Origin: Eledone cirrhosa
Lineage: Eukaryota
Direction: 5' to 3'
NCBI GenBank assembly: GCA_964016885.1
Contig: OZ024740.1
Location: 204,848,001 to 204,912,000, forward strand
DNA: 64,000 bases
Numbering within the stretch: the first letter of the stretch is position 1; the number at the start of each line of letters is the position of its first letter. Shown piece by piece: positions 38,761 through 50,559 of this stretch. The notes under the pieces were generated by a model. That model did not search any database. It saw only the letters and a program-made list of their open reading frames with translations, and was not told the origin of the DNA. The position numbers were made by a program, and so were the translations under genes.

Positions 38761-39137
38761 ATAAATAAACAGCATGACTTTATGAACATAATGTAGTGCT
38801 CTGCATGGTAATATATTAATACAGATCAAGTGAACACATTGTTTTATGAACAGATATGAAGTGGTTGTGTAGGTGTCACTACAAAAAGTGCCCAGTCCAC
38901 TCTGTAAAGTGGTCGTGTAGGTGACACGATAAAAAGCACCCAGTCTACACTGTAAAGTGATTATATAGGTGTCACAACAAAAAGCACCCAGTACTCACTG
39001 ACTTTAGTGGGATTTGAACTCAAACAGAACACCACAGAGAATCAAAACAATTACACAAAGCATCTATCATCTTGAATAAGCAGTCTTGTCAGTTGGAGGA
39101 CATGCTACTGCTACTTATCACCCTTTAAATGAATTAA

Positions 39138-39980
39138 CCTTTTGACACCAATTTTCCTGAATCATCCTTTAGTTTTATAATACAAAACCTTTACTTTCAA
39201 AATGTTTATATTCAAATTCAAACTATTTATTATGATTTTATGTAAAAAAAACACCAAATTAATAATTGTTTCTACTTTAGGCACAAGGCCAGCAAATACT
39301 CAGTGCATTACTGGTACTTTATTTTATCGACCCCCATAAGGATGAAAGGCAAAGTCAACCTCGGCGGGATTTGAACTCAGATCGTAATGGTTTCTGATTT
39401 GGCAAAAGGCCAGCAATATTGGGGGAGGGGAAAGTTGATTAAATTGATCCCAGTGTATTACTGGTATTTTATTTTATTGACCCCGTAAGGACGAAAGGCA
39501 AAGCTAACCTCGGCGGGAGTTGAACTCAGAACGTAAGGGGACGTAACTCTATGCCACAAAGCATGTTGTCTGATGCTCTACCAATACTGCCAATCCAACG
39601 CTCTAAACACCAACTTAATCACGAGAAGGGCACTTATTTTACTAAAATGTTCCAATCTTTTTTTATTACACAATTGAAATACATAAGCAGTGTATTTCAT
39701 TAGAAATATGGTAACAAAAGGATTAACACTTTTGATACCAAACTGCCTAAAACTGGACTTGATTTTATGATATAAAACTGTTTTAAAGTATTTATATTTA
39801 TCTGAATACCTTCCATCATAATTTTATGTAAGAACCTTTATTCAGTTATGTTCCAGCCACCAACTTGATAATGAAAAAGTTAGTTATATAACTTAAAATC
39901 CTTCCAAATTCTTGATTAATTCCAAAATTATTTGAAAGACATAGGCAGTGTCTTCCATAAGAAATCTGGCAATGAAAGTG
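39138..39980. mobile_element. Two adjacent M2 MITEs sharing a TTAA; the first is interrupted by two S1 SINEs (39263-39600, minus)
   Basis: TTAA at 39134 and 39723; SINEs flanked by duplicated aaacaccaa(a/c)ttaat. Confidence 0.7.
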
Positions 39981-40204
39981 TTGAAGAAAAAAAATCCTCA
40001 AGGCCAATGGAATGTAAATATATCAGTAGTCAAGCTTTCTACAGAGATCAGTAAACAAATATAAAGAAAACAAAATTAAGATTTGGATGAATATCTGTAA
40101 AGATGTGCAGTAAATTGATAAACTGCTGCTGAGAAGTTGGTAAACAGTGTGTAGCAGAGAGATCAATAGAAAGTACTGTCTTCTCCATTTCAGCTATATT
40201 GAAA

Positions 40205-40475
40205 TTAGGTAGTGAATGGTATGGTATGGGAGGGTATGGAATGGCATGGTATGGTATGATATGGTATGGTATGGAGTGGTATGGTATGGTATGGTATGGT
40301 AGGGAATGGTATGGTATGATATGGGATGGTATGGTATGGAGTGGTATGGTATGATATGGGATGGTATGGTATGGTATGGGATGGTGTGGAATGGTATGGG
40401 ATGGTATGGAATGGCATGGAATGGTATGGAATGATATGGGATGGTATGGAATGGTATGAAATGGTATGATATAGT
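40205..40475. repeat. (ATGGT)n pentanucleotide microsatellite
   Basis: Direct inspection. Confidence 0.95.
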
Positions 40476-40774
40476 AAGCAGAGTATATTGGTTACAGCAG
40501 CCTATCAATTTTAAATGGCAGTCCTCGTTTAAAGATAATTTTTGCTCAGATAATTAATTATAGTCCTAATTTCTGGGGAGAGTCATTATCTAATTAGTAG
40601 AAAGAATGTAATTGAAATGTTTATAGAGTAGTAAAGTATAAACAAATAGAGAAGATTATATATAGGAGGTACATAGCAATCGTGGTATTTCTGCAGCACT
40701 AACACAACCATTCACATCAAATTAGTTTAATTCATATCCATAAAAAGTTTTACTTTGTAAAATCAAAGGCTAGT

Positions 40775-41027
40775 GTATCATTGTGTGTGTATGATTTTGT
40801 ATGCGTGTGTGTTTCATTTTTGTGCACGTGAATCATTTTGTGTGTGTGATCATATGTGTGTGCATGATTTTATGTGTGTGTGTGATTTTGTATGTGTGTG
40901 GTGTTTCATTTTTGTGTGTGTGATTTTGTATGTGTGTGGTGTTTCATTTTTGTGTGTGTCATGTTTTATGTATGTGAATCATCTTGTGTGTGTGTTGTGT
41001 GTGCCATTTTGTATGAGTGTCTGTGTA
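40775..41027. repeat. (TG)-rich low-complexity tract
   Basis: Direct inspection. Confidence 0.9.
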
Positions 41028-41599
41028 TAATTAATTTTATTTTTTTTTTGTATATCATTGTAGGAGTCATTTCCAGGAATCTCCAGTTAAGTTAGAACTT
41101 GGGTTTCTGAATCATGTTGCTCCTTCTTCATCATATCTTATATATAACATGATATGTTGCTAGCTAAATGAAGGATTACCATATTTCTAGTGAAAGCCAC
41201 TGCCTATGGTTTTCAAATCATTTTAAAGGTAATCAAGAATTTGAAAGGATTTAGTAATATAACTAACTTTCTCATTATTAAATTTGTGTTTGTAACATAA
41301 CTTAACAATGATTGCTACATAAAATTATGACAGAAGGGTTTTAGATAAATATAAGTACTTTAAAACAAACAGTTTTGTATTTGTAGAACCAGGGATGGTT
41401 TCAGGCAGGTTTTATCATCAACAGTCATTAAACAAGTAAAATGCTGTCACAGACAGCAATGGGTAAAAATGCCTCAGAGGACATGTTTGAGTATGTGTAT
41501 GCGTGTGTGTGACTGTGGTATTGCTAGGACACTACCTTTAAGAGATTTAGTCGATTACATTGATCCCAGTACTTATTTCAATTTCCAATTCAGAGTTTA

Positions 41600-42075
41600 G
41601 TGCACCTATTGACAACAAAGGAGTTATTTCTGAGTGAAGTGTAATGTTGCCTGTGTGCAAAATGCAACGTTGCATGGTAATGAAACATAGGCAGTGAAGG
41701 CAGAATATAAGTGAAGGATAGAGAGAAATGAGTCAAGTATGTTCCAATGTATGTGTAATGTTAGAGCAGATGAGCAGCAAAGCATGAATGAACTCACTGA
41801 AAAAACTGGGCATAAGAGGAATCAAATGTAGCGTGCAAGGGAGAACACTGTGTTGGTATGGACACTTGATGCATATGGATAATGATCATCGAGTGAAGAA
41901 TTGCCAAACAATCCCAGTGGAAGGAAGCTGAAATAGAAGAGGACCAAAGAAGATCTGGCCAATATTTGTGAGAGCTGATCTTAAAACACTGAACCTCTAA
42001 TGGGAGATAATGAAAGAACATGATGAAGGGAGAGAGGCTATGCTGTAAAAGAAGACCCATCCAACCCATGCAAGT
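41600..42075 (+). mobile_element. Decayed RTE family A-related 3' fragment
   Basis: Remnants of MLHGSET, LERNE, KLGIRGIKCSVQ..LCWYGHLM, ending aacccatgcaag. Confidence 0.8.
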
Positions 42076-43323
42076 ACATATAACTAAACATTACACCAAA
42101 ATCAACAAAAGACTAGAATTAAGCACCAATTGGCTATTATAAAGACATGTAAAAAGATGACAAATGAATAGACTTTCATTTAAATTTAGCAGGGCAATTC
42201 TGACTGTATGTATCTAGTTTAGAATAGGTACACTCAATCAAGGGGGTCCTCATTCCATTTTAAATATATATTAAAATATAGTTATGAAACACAACATTTT
42301 GTCAAAATTTAGAACACAATTGTTATAAAATATATTTCTATTTCTGTAGCTATCACCTCTATTTTAGAGGTTGGCATGGATCAAGGGTGGAATCTCTGAA
42401 TTGTTCTATGTGTAGGCCTGCGTTCATGTATTTTCATTGTTATGCAAGCAGACACTGGAAGGTCCAAATATTCTCTAGCCCAGGGCCTTTAATCTGGCCC
42501 TGGCTACACCATTTCCTTGTTTGTCATAAAAGGTAACTTAAAGGATTGGTGCTATAGGAAGAGCATTTGGCTGTAAAACATTGCCTCATAAACGACCCCA
42601 TGATGTGTCTGATTAAGCCAGTCTTAACTGCCCTGCTTTTGATTCAGTGCAGACATCCAATAGGAGTCATCAGTCTTTAATGAGTTGTCATATCATCGTG
42701 TCTTGCCCTACTTTAAAACAAAAACTATCATTTGTGATATTTATGTAACAAGTTGTTGATGATGATACAAGAGTGTGTCCGTGAAACATATACACATACA
42801 CAAGGTCCGAACACAAAAGAACCAAAGTCCCACTGTCACTACCTCCATCTCTCCCGCTCCCCCCATCTCTCACTATTATGAGGAAATGGGGGCCCACGTG
42901 CTGGCCGCTCCACAGCCCCAGCGGACAGAATGGAGAAGGAAGAGTCATTCCAGCTTTCGAGGCTCACACCTGCAGGTAGCCAACTCTGTGCCAATGGTAG
43001 TAAGCAGCTTTAGCAGTAAAAAGAGTCTTAAACACTTGTTGGGTGTGTTGTTTAGTAGGACAATACTGACAAAATATAGAATAAATCTTTTTAAAAATAT
43101 AATTCCTGCTTTTCTGGTCATTCTTCTGCACACGATTCATATGTTTCACTATTTATTGGTTTATTGATCTCTGCAAATTACTATCATTATAATGTTAACA
43201 ATGCTTAATAATTCTATACTTTTCTTGTATAATGGTCCAGTACAACTAACACACACACATATATATATATTTATAACCATATTTATATAAGTACACACAC
43301 CCCAACACTTGTATATATATATA

Positions 43324-46300
43324 TCATCGTCATCATCATCATCATCATCACCGTTTTACGTCTGTTCTTCCACGCTAGCATGGGTTAGACGGGTTGTCCT
43401 GTTGTGGGCAGTGTCCGGTCGGCTGACCTTGTCTTGCTCAGACGGGACCTGATTCTGGCTTGATTTCTACAGCTGGATGCCCTTCCTAACACCAACCTCA
43501 TTTACAGTGAGTGTTGGGTGCTTTTTTTCTGTGGCGCCTACACATCCACTTTACAGTGTGGGCTGGGTGCTTTTTTGCCATGGCACCTCCACGACCACTT
43601 TGCAGTGGGAGGGTCTGGGAGCATATTGTCTATATGCTTCAGCTTCGGCTTGTACCCATGGGGGGTTGGGTCTTCTGTATTACTGCGTGATGCCAGAGGT
43701 CACGGTCGTGTGTCATCGCCTTTGAGAGGTGTGATTGGGTAAGGTCGGCTTTTATCACCTCATCCCAGGTCTTCTTGGGTCTCCCCACTCCGCGGTTTCC
43801 ATCGACTTCTAGTGCTCTGCACCTTTTTATGCAGCTGTCATCCTTCATAAGCATCACATGTCCATACCAATGCAACCGCCTCTCCTGCACACAGCATTTG
43901 ATTCCTCTTATGCTCAGTCTCTCTCTCAATTCATTTATGCTTTGCCGTTCACGTATATTACTATCATACATCCATCGGAGCATGCAGGCTTCATTTCTTT
44001 CTAATCTAGGCAAGTCTTCCACAGTCAGCGCCCAGGTGTCACTACCATGTAACATTGCTGTTTGTATACACGCATCATACAGTCTGCTTTTCATTTTGAG
44101 AGAAAAGCCTTTTGCAGCTAGCAGTGGCAGTAGCTCCCTGAACTTCTTCCATCCTATTCTTACCCTAGTTATTGTACTTTCCGAACACCCACCTCCACTG
44201 CTAATTCAGTCACCTAGGTAGCGGAAGCTGTCTACTGTTTCTACAGAGCCCTCCCAGAGATTGGTGGTACTTGTTTCCTGTGGCTGTTTGCTGCTTGCTG
44301 TCCCAGCACAGCTGCTGTATGTGAAGCCTACATTCTTAGTTAAGCTTCCTGAGATCCCGATACATCTCTTATGTACCCATTGTTTGCATTTGGGGCAGAG
44401 ATGGAGTTCCTACCTACACCTTTCCTACACACTGAGCAAGGCCATTTTCCTGAGGGGATCTGGGTTCTGTTTTCTCATCTACTTACAAGGACCTTAGTCT
44501 TTGTCAGGTTGACTTTGAGACCCTTTCTTTCTAGTCTCTGCTTCCAAGTTCGGAATTCCTTCTCTAGTTCTACCATAGATTCAGCTAAAAGTGCGAGGTC
44601 ATCTGCATACAGGAGTTCCCATGGGCATCCAGTTTTAAACTCCTCCGTTATTGCCTGCAGGACTATGATGAAGAGGAGAGGGCTAAGAACAGAGCCCTGG
44701 TGGACACCTACCTGTACACTAAATTCCTCACTATACTCATTGCTAATCCTAACTTTGCTGACTGCTCCCCTATACATGGCTTGTACAGCTTTCACAAGCC
44801 ATTCATCTACTCCTAGTTTTCTAAGAGCCCACCAGATTATAGCACGGAGAACTCTGTCAAAGGCTTTCTCGAGATCGACGAATGCCAGGTAGAACGGCTT
44901 ACTTTTAGCTAGATACTTTTCCTGTAACTGCCTCACAAGGAAGAGGGCATCAGTGGTGCCTCTTCCTAGCACAAACCCAAATTGCATCTCATCTAGTTTC
45001 ACCCGGTCCCTAATCAACTATGCTATAACACTTTCTGTTACTTTCATAACCTGGTCCATCAGCTTTATACCTCTATAGTTTCCTCTATCTAGTGCATCAC
45101 CTTTACCTTTGTAGCAGTTGACAATGATGCTTCTCCACCAATCCTTTGGTATGTCACCTTCTAGTATTACCTGGTTAACAATACGTGTGGTTATAGTGTG
45201 ACCTACCGATCCAGATGCCTTCAGCATCTCGGCAGCTATACTCGATGGACCGGTTACCTTCCCCATCTTCATATCTTTGATTGCCTTACTTACTACGCTG
45301 CTACTGACTTGTACTGCCGGCCCCTCTATAGGGTCTACTTGGGGTAGGGTCTCTTCTTCCCATGTATTCTCCTCATTTAGTAATCTATCATAATGGCTCT
45401 TCCACGCATCTTTCTTCTCAGCACTTGTGAGGGCAAGCTCAACTTTATCATTCCGGATACACTTCTCTCCAATGACATCACAATTCTCTCTAACACACTG
45501 CCTCGCAATCTTGAACACCTCCTGTTTCTGGTCCTTACGTTATAAAATATGCTTGAATTTTTTATCCTCTGCTTCCCTCCTAGTTAAGTATACTTGTCGC
45601 CTAGCTTCCCTCCTGGTCTCTATGTAATGTACGTTCTCCCATTATTTCTATGCCTGTCTCTTGGCCTTAACTGCCTCATCTACCTTATTGTTCCACCACC
45701 AAGTCACCCTCCTCCTGCCTGTGGTCTTACTGCAGCCACATATCTCATCCGTCACTTCTAGTAAGTTATTTTTTTAGGAACTCCCAATGCTCTTCTACAT
45801 TGAATGTCTGTATCTGTTCTTCTTTACTGTCGTAGGCATCGAGTAAAATATCTTTAAATCTGTTATTGGTTGAGGGGTCTTTCAGCTTCCAGACCTTTCT
45901 TCTCCAGGCTGGCTTCTGTTCCCAGGTTCGTCTAGTTCTGACCGTGAGGTCGCTGACAACTAAGCTATGTTGGGAGGTACATTCCTCACTAGGGAAGGCT
46001 TTTGTGTTTATGACCGTCCATCTGTCACGTCCTCTGATAAAGATAAAATCTATCTGACTAGAATACTCCCCTGATCTATAGGTGGTTGTCGGGTTTTTTG
46101 AAGTTTGTGTTACATATCGACATGTCATTGGCGTCGCAGAATTCTAGAAGCCTGAATCCTTCTTCATTTCCTGTGCTAACCCCATGGCCTCCATGGAGTC
46201 TATAGAAGCCGTCACGGTGTTTACCTACGTGTCCGTTAAAATCTCCTGCAATGATTAGGAAGTCATTGTCGTTTGTTAGAGCAGTAGTGTGCATTAGGGA

Positions 46301-46747
46301 CTTGTAAAATCTATCCATAAGTTCGTCTGGCAACCCCGATTGGGGTGCGTAAGCTGATATTATTGTGGTAATTGTTTTATTCAGGACTAGTCTGAGTTTA
46401 ATGATTCTTGCATTCACCCTGTTCACTGATATTACTTTATCTACCCACTTGTCAGCTAGTAGGACACCTACACCACCCATCCCATCGTCATTTCCCACTC
46501 AGAAAAATTTGTAGCATTGACTTTTTCCTACAAGGACTCTAGCAGACTCTCCTCTCCATCTAGTCTCTTGCATACAGCATACATCAATTTCCTTTCGCTC
46601 TAGCATCTCTACGATTTCTCCTGCTCTTCCTTTCATTGTGCTTACATTGATGGTACCAACTCGGAGTTTTGGGCATTTGTCACCATTCGTGGTGAAGGAT
46701 CGATTTTTGCAGGAGTGTGCGTGTGCTTCCTGTCTCTGAATTGAAGC
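43324..46747 (-). mobile_element. Near full-length RTE family A (subfamily A2): APE endonuclease + RT + PHD-like finger, frameshifted
   Basis: EN motifs VGTINV, QETRW, SAYAPQ, GDFNGHVG, IDFI, QHSLV; RT motifs; (ATG)n tail; (TA)n on both sides. Confidence 0.95.
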
Positions 46748-46803
46748 TTCACATATATATATATATATGTAAAAGGTAAACAGAAATAACAATATATATA
46801 TAT

Positions 46804-46997
46804 ATCCTCATCATCATCACCACCGTTTAACGTCCATTTTTTCCACACTAGAATGGGTTAGACGAGTTGTCCTGTTATGAGAAATGCCAGGTCAGGTGAC
46901 CATGTCTTGCTCATACAAAACTGATTTTGGCTTGGTTTCTACAGCTGGTTCTACGCCAACAACATTTATAGTAAGTACTGGGTCCTTTTTGTCATGA
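46804..46997 (-). mobile_element. RTE family A-type 3' tail
   Basis: (CAT)n-accgtttaacgtcc...gatttt.gcttggtttctacagctgg. Confidence 0.75.
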
Positions 46998-47020
46998 TAT
47001 ATATATATATATATATATAT

Positions 47021-47203
47021 GTAGGAGGTGAGTAATATTGTAGAACAATAAAACTATGCATATATCAGATAAGTAGCACTCGACAGTTGGTAGAACTGGA
47101 GTATATATAAAGAAGAAATTAAAAGATGGTTAAAAAAGTTCCAGCATAATAAAATATATGGAACTTTTTTAACCATCTTTTAATTTCTTCTTTATATATA
47201 CTT
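47021..47203 (+). mobile_element. Fold-back copy of the 36362-36570 hammerhead element
   Basis: Same start gtaggaggtgag; arms 47100-47142 / 47159-47201; the loop retains gcataataaaata from the ribozyme 3' end. Confidence 0.75.
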
Positions 47204-47279
47204 TATATATATATATATATATGCTATTTATGTTAGGTTCTTTACCAATGGGTGGAACTGATCATTCTGGTTAGTAAAT

Positions 47280-47415
47280 AATTGTTTCTACTTTAGACAC
47301 AAGGCCAGCAATTACCCAGTACATTACTGGTACTTTATTTTATCGACCCCGTAAGGATGAAAGGCAAAGTTAACCTCGGTGGGATTTGAACTCAGATCGT
47401 AAAGGGACGTAACTA
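47280..47415 (-). mobile_element. 5'-truncated S1 SINE with ~19-bp TSD
   Basis: attctggttagtaaataat on both sides. Confidence 0.9.
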
Positions 47416-47524
47416 TTCTGGTTAGTAAATAATGATGCAATAAATTAAAGCACTCAATGTTATGCAGATCATCTATCGTCGATGTGGTATCCAGTGATTG
47501 ATGCAGGAACTGAGTGAAATATTT

Positions 47525-47891
47525 ATTAAAAACAACAGAAGGCTTGACTGAAAACTTTATAATTCTAATTCCGCAAAAACTCTATACATATTTCAATGGC
47601 CCAGCTTCATCATCTGAATATGATGCAAGACTGATTCAAGGATGACCTGCCGTTACAATAATATGCAATCGGTGGGCTATCCCTGAATCAAAATCAGTCC
47701 TCTATTTTCCCTTCTCTGTTTGTATTCACCAAAACGTTTTCTTAAATAACAAATTCTGCAATTAACACATGATGAAATCGCCTGGGTCTTGTATCATATT
47801 TGGGCGATGAAGCTGGACTATTGAAATATATATTGCGTTTCCACAGAATTAAAATTATAAAGTTTCCAGTCCAGCCTTCTGTTGTTTTTAA
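47525..47891. repeat. Fold-back element, ~105-bp diverged arms, degenerate hammerhead at 47764-47839
   Basis: attaaaaacaacagaaggc.../...gccttctgttgtttttaat; aacac-ATGATGA-aat..att-GAAA-tatata-TT-gcgtt. Confidence 0.7.
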
Positions 47892-47897
47892 TGCATG

Positions 47898-47935
<38 letters not shown>

Positions 47936-47977
47936 CAAATAAAATACAGAGTTACTAACTCATATTGATAACCTGCA

Positions 47978-48400
47978 ATATAATAATATATGTAGAAATA
48001 AACACAGTAAATTGTGTGTCTAAAATTACGAGGGTTGAAATACATTGGTTTGATAAATTTAACCTGAAGCAAAAGTAAGATATATAATATATATATACAG
48101 ACCGTCTCAATAACTATTTCATCTCTTGGACAGATTAGAGATTTAATCTGTTTTGCCCTGAAAATTGTGTTTGTAACAGATAATCCGTATGCTTTCCTCG
48201 GCGAGAGATAAGATCAAATGGAACAAACACATACAACTAAAAGCCACACAAATGTGTCCGGGAGTTGAAATAGTTATTGAGATGGTCTGTATATATATTC
48301 TATTTGCTTCAGGTTAAATTTATCAAACCAATGTGGTATTTCAACCCTCGTAATTTTAGACACACAGTTTACTATGTTTATTTCTACATATATTATTATA
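47978..48400. repeat. Fold-back element, ~150-bp arms
   Basis: 47978-48131 is the reverse complement of 48255-48400; each arm has GAAA-tagtta-TT. Confidence 0.85.
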
Positions 48401-48412
48401 TATATATATATA

Positions 48413-49168
48413 TCATCATTTTCATCATCATTTCATTTTACGTCCACTTTTTCCCTGCTTGCACGGGTGGGACGGGAACTAATTCTGGCTTGATTTCTAC
48501 AGCTGGATACCCTTCCTAACACCAACCTCATTTACTGTTAGTGCTGGGTGCTTTTTTACCATGACACCTCCACGACCACTTTGCAGTGGAATAATATGGA
48601 CCCCAGTCTCTATCATCTCATTTCTACAGCTGAATAAACTGGAGCAATGTGAAATAAAGTGTCTTGCTCAAGGAAACAACCCATCACCCGGTCTGAGAAT
48701 TGAACTCACAACCTTTCGATTGCAAGGCCAATGCTCTAACCACTAAGCCATATATATATATATATATACATGTATGTATATATATATGGCTTAGTGGTTA
48801 TATATATATATATGTATCATCATCATCATCATCATCATCATCATTTTACGTCCGCTTTTCCCTGCTTGCAAGGGTGGGACGGGAACTGATTCTGGCTCGA
48901 TTTCTACAGCTGGATGCCCTTCCTAACACCAACCTCATTTACAGTGAGTGCTGGGTGCTTTTTTCCCCGTGGCACCTCCACGACCACTTTACAGTGGAAT
49001 GAAAGGGACTGGCGTCCCTATCATCTCATTTCTACAGCTGAGTAAACTGGAGCAATGTGAAATAAAGTGTCTTGCTCAAGGAAACAACACATCACCCGGT
49101 CTGGGAATTGAACTCACAACCTTTCGATTGCAAGGCCAATGCTCTAACCACTGAGCCATGTGCCTCCA
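48413..49168 (-). mobile_element. Two S2 SINEs (48413-48750; 48816-49168)
   Basis: Reverse complements of 36007-36353; in (TA)n. Confidence 0.9.
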
Positions 49169-49176
49169 TACACGTG

Positions 49177-49242
<66 letters not shown>

Positions 49243-49342
49243 TAGAAAACGATCGACTTTCGTCAAATCGGACCAAGGGAACAATGTTTCCGTTGGTCTT
49301 TCCAATTGCTAATACTATCTATCGGTCGCAACTCCAGGTAGA

Positions 49343-49463
49343 AGGAGCAACGTGAAATAAAGTGTCTTGCTCAAGGACATAACGCATCGCCTGGTCCAGG
49401 AATCGAACTCACAACTTTACGATTGCGAATCCAATTCTCTAACCACTCAGCCACACGCCTTCA
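49343..49463 (-). mobile_element. S2-related SINE 5' part
   Basis: tRNA-like head and gtgaaataaagtgtcttgctcaagga. Confidence 0.75.
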
Positions 49464-49510
49464 CATATATATACATATATATACATATATATATATGTAT
49501 ATATATATAT

Positions 49511-49899
49511 AGTATAAAAGAGAAAACACAGGTAAGCATTAAGAGAAGGATTTAATCCAGGTATTTACGACCGTTTCATTGGTAAGTGCAACCTTATATT
49601 GCTATACTGCAAATAGCAGCCACTCAATTATAATTGTTGGACTGTGAACAACAATTATAATTGAGTGGCTGCTATTTGCAGTATAGCAATATAAGGTTGC
49701 ACTTACCAATGAAACGGTCGTAAATACCTGGATTAAATCCTTCTCTTAATGCTTACCTGTGTTTTCTCTTTTATACTTTATACTCCAAGATTGAACGGAA
49801 TTCTTACAAACTTGTGGAGTTACCCCTAACCGTACGTTGAAACCATCCATGAAACTGGCTTTCTTAACCAAAAACTGGATCACAATAAGCAATTTTTTG

Positions 49900-49903
<4 letters not shown>
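49511..49903 (+). mobile_element. Apparently perfect ~128-bp-arm palindrome (49511-49777) with unique tail; hammerhead-like 3' half
   Basis: Arms match base-for-base by eye; GAAA-cggtcg-TA at 49711; (TA)n on both sides. Confidence 0.8.
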
Positions 49904-49934
<31 letters not shown>

Positions 49935-49939
<5 letters not shown>

Positions 49940-50305
49940 GAAAGTGAGGTTTTTTTTACAAAATGAAAAATAACCGAGGTGTCCTACACGAGTGAAAGTA
50001 TAAAGAAAAAGAGATGAAATCGAAAATGCAACTGGAGTCTTATTTTTTTTAAAAATATATATATTTATTTGGTTCCTTTACTGGTTTCGCAGTTCTTCTG
50101 CTTTTCAAAAGGTGAGTTGAGATGGAGGGTCTGTGGTTTTTCTCACATCAGTGTACACACTGATGTGAGAAAAACCACAGACCCTCCATCTCAACTTTTG
50201 AAAAGCAGAAGAACTGCGAAACCGGTAAAGGAACCAAATAAATATATATATTTTTTTTTAAAATAAGACTCCAGTTGCATTTTCGATTTCATCTCTTTTT
50301 CTTTA
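49935..50305 (-). mobile_element. Family P2 fold-back with ~150-bp arms, a U3-A8 hammerhead in each arm (minus 50075-50112; plus 50195-50230)
   Basis: (c)ctt-TTGAAAA-gcag aagaa ctgc-GAAA-cc(g/a)g-TA-aag(g). Confidence 0.75.
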
Positions 50306-50316
50306 TATATATATAT

Positions 50317-50511
50317 GTAATAGGAACGAGTAGGACCTCGACGGCTGAGCTCAAGCCGTTTCGACGGCTAATTTTGGACTAAAATCCAGAATTAGCCGTT
50401 GAAACGGTTTGAGCTCAGTCGTTGGGGTCCTATTACCCACTCTACTACCCTAAGTATTGAGTACTTTGGTGCGTTATGGTCCATCTGGTTCCTTACCACA
50501 TTTCCTTCGTT
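50317..50511 (+). mobile_element. Fold-back family P1 copy, palindrome 50331-50432
   Basis: Left arm read on minus: gtc-GAAA-cggc-ttgagctca-gccg-TC-gaggtcc; tail tactaccctaagtattgagtac. Confidence 0.75.
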
Positions 50512-50516
50512 ATATA

Positions 50517-50556
<40 letters not shown>

Positions 50557-50559
<3 letters not shown>

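Noticed and set aside
42688-43167. 130-aa ORF and overlapping ORFs
   Set aside because: No recognisable domain or splice structure; probably non-coding or a TE remnant.
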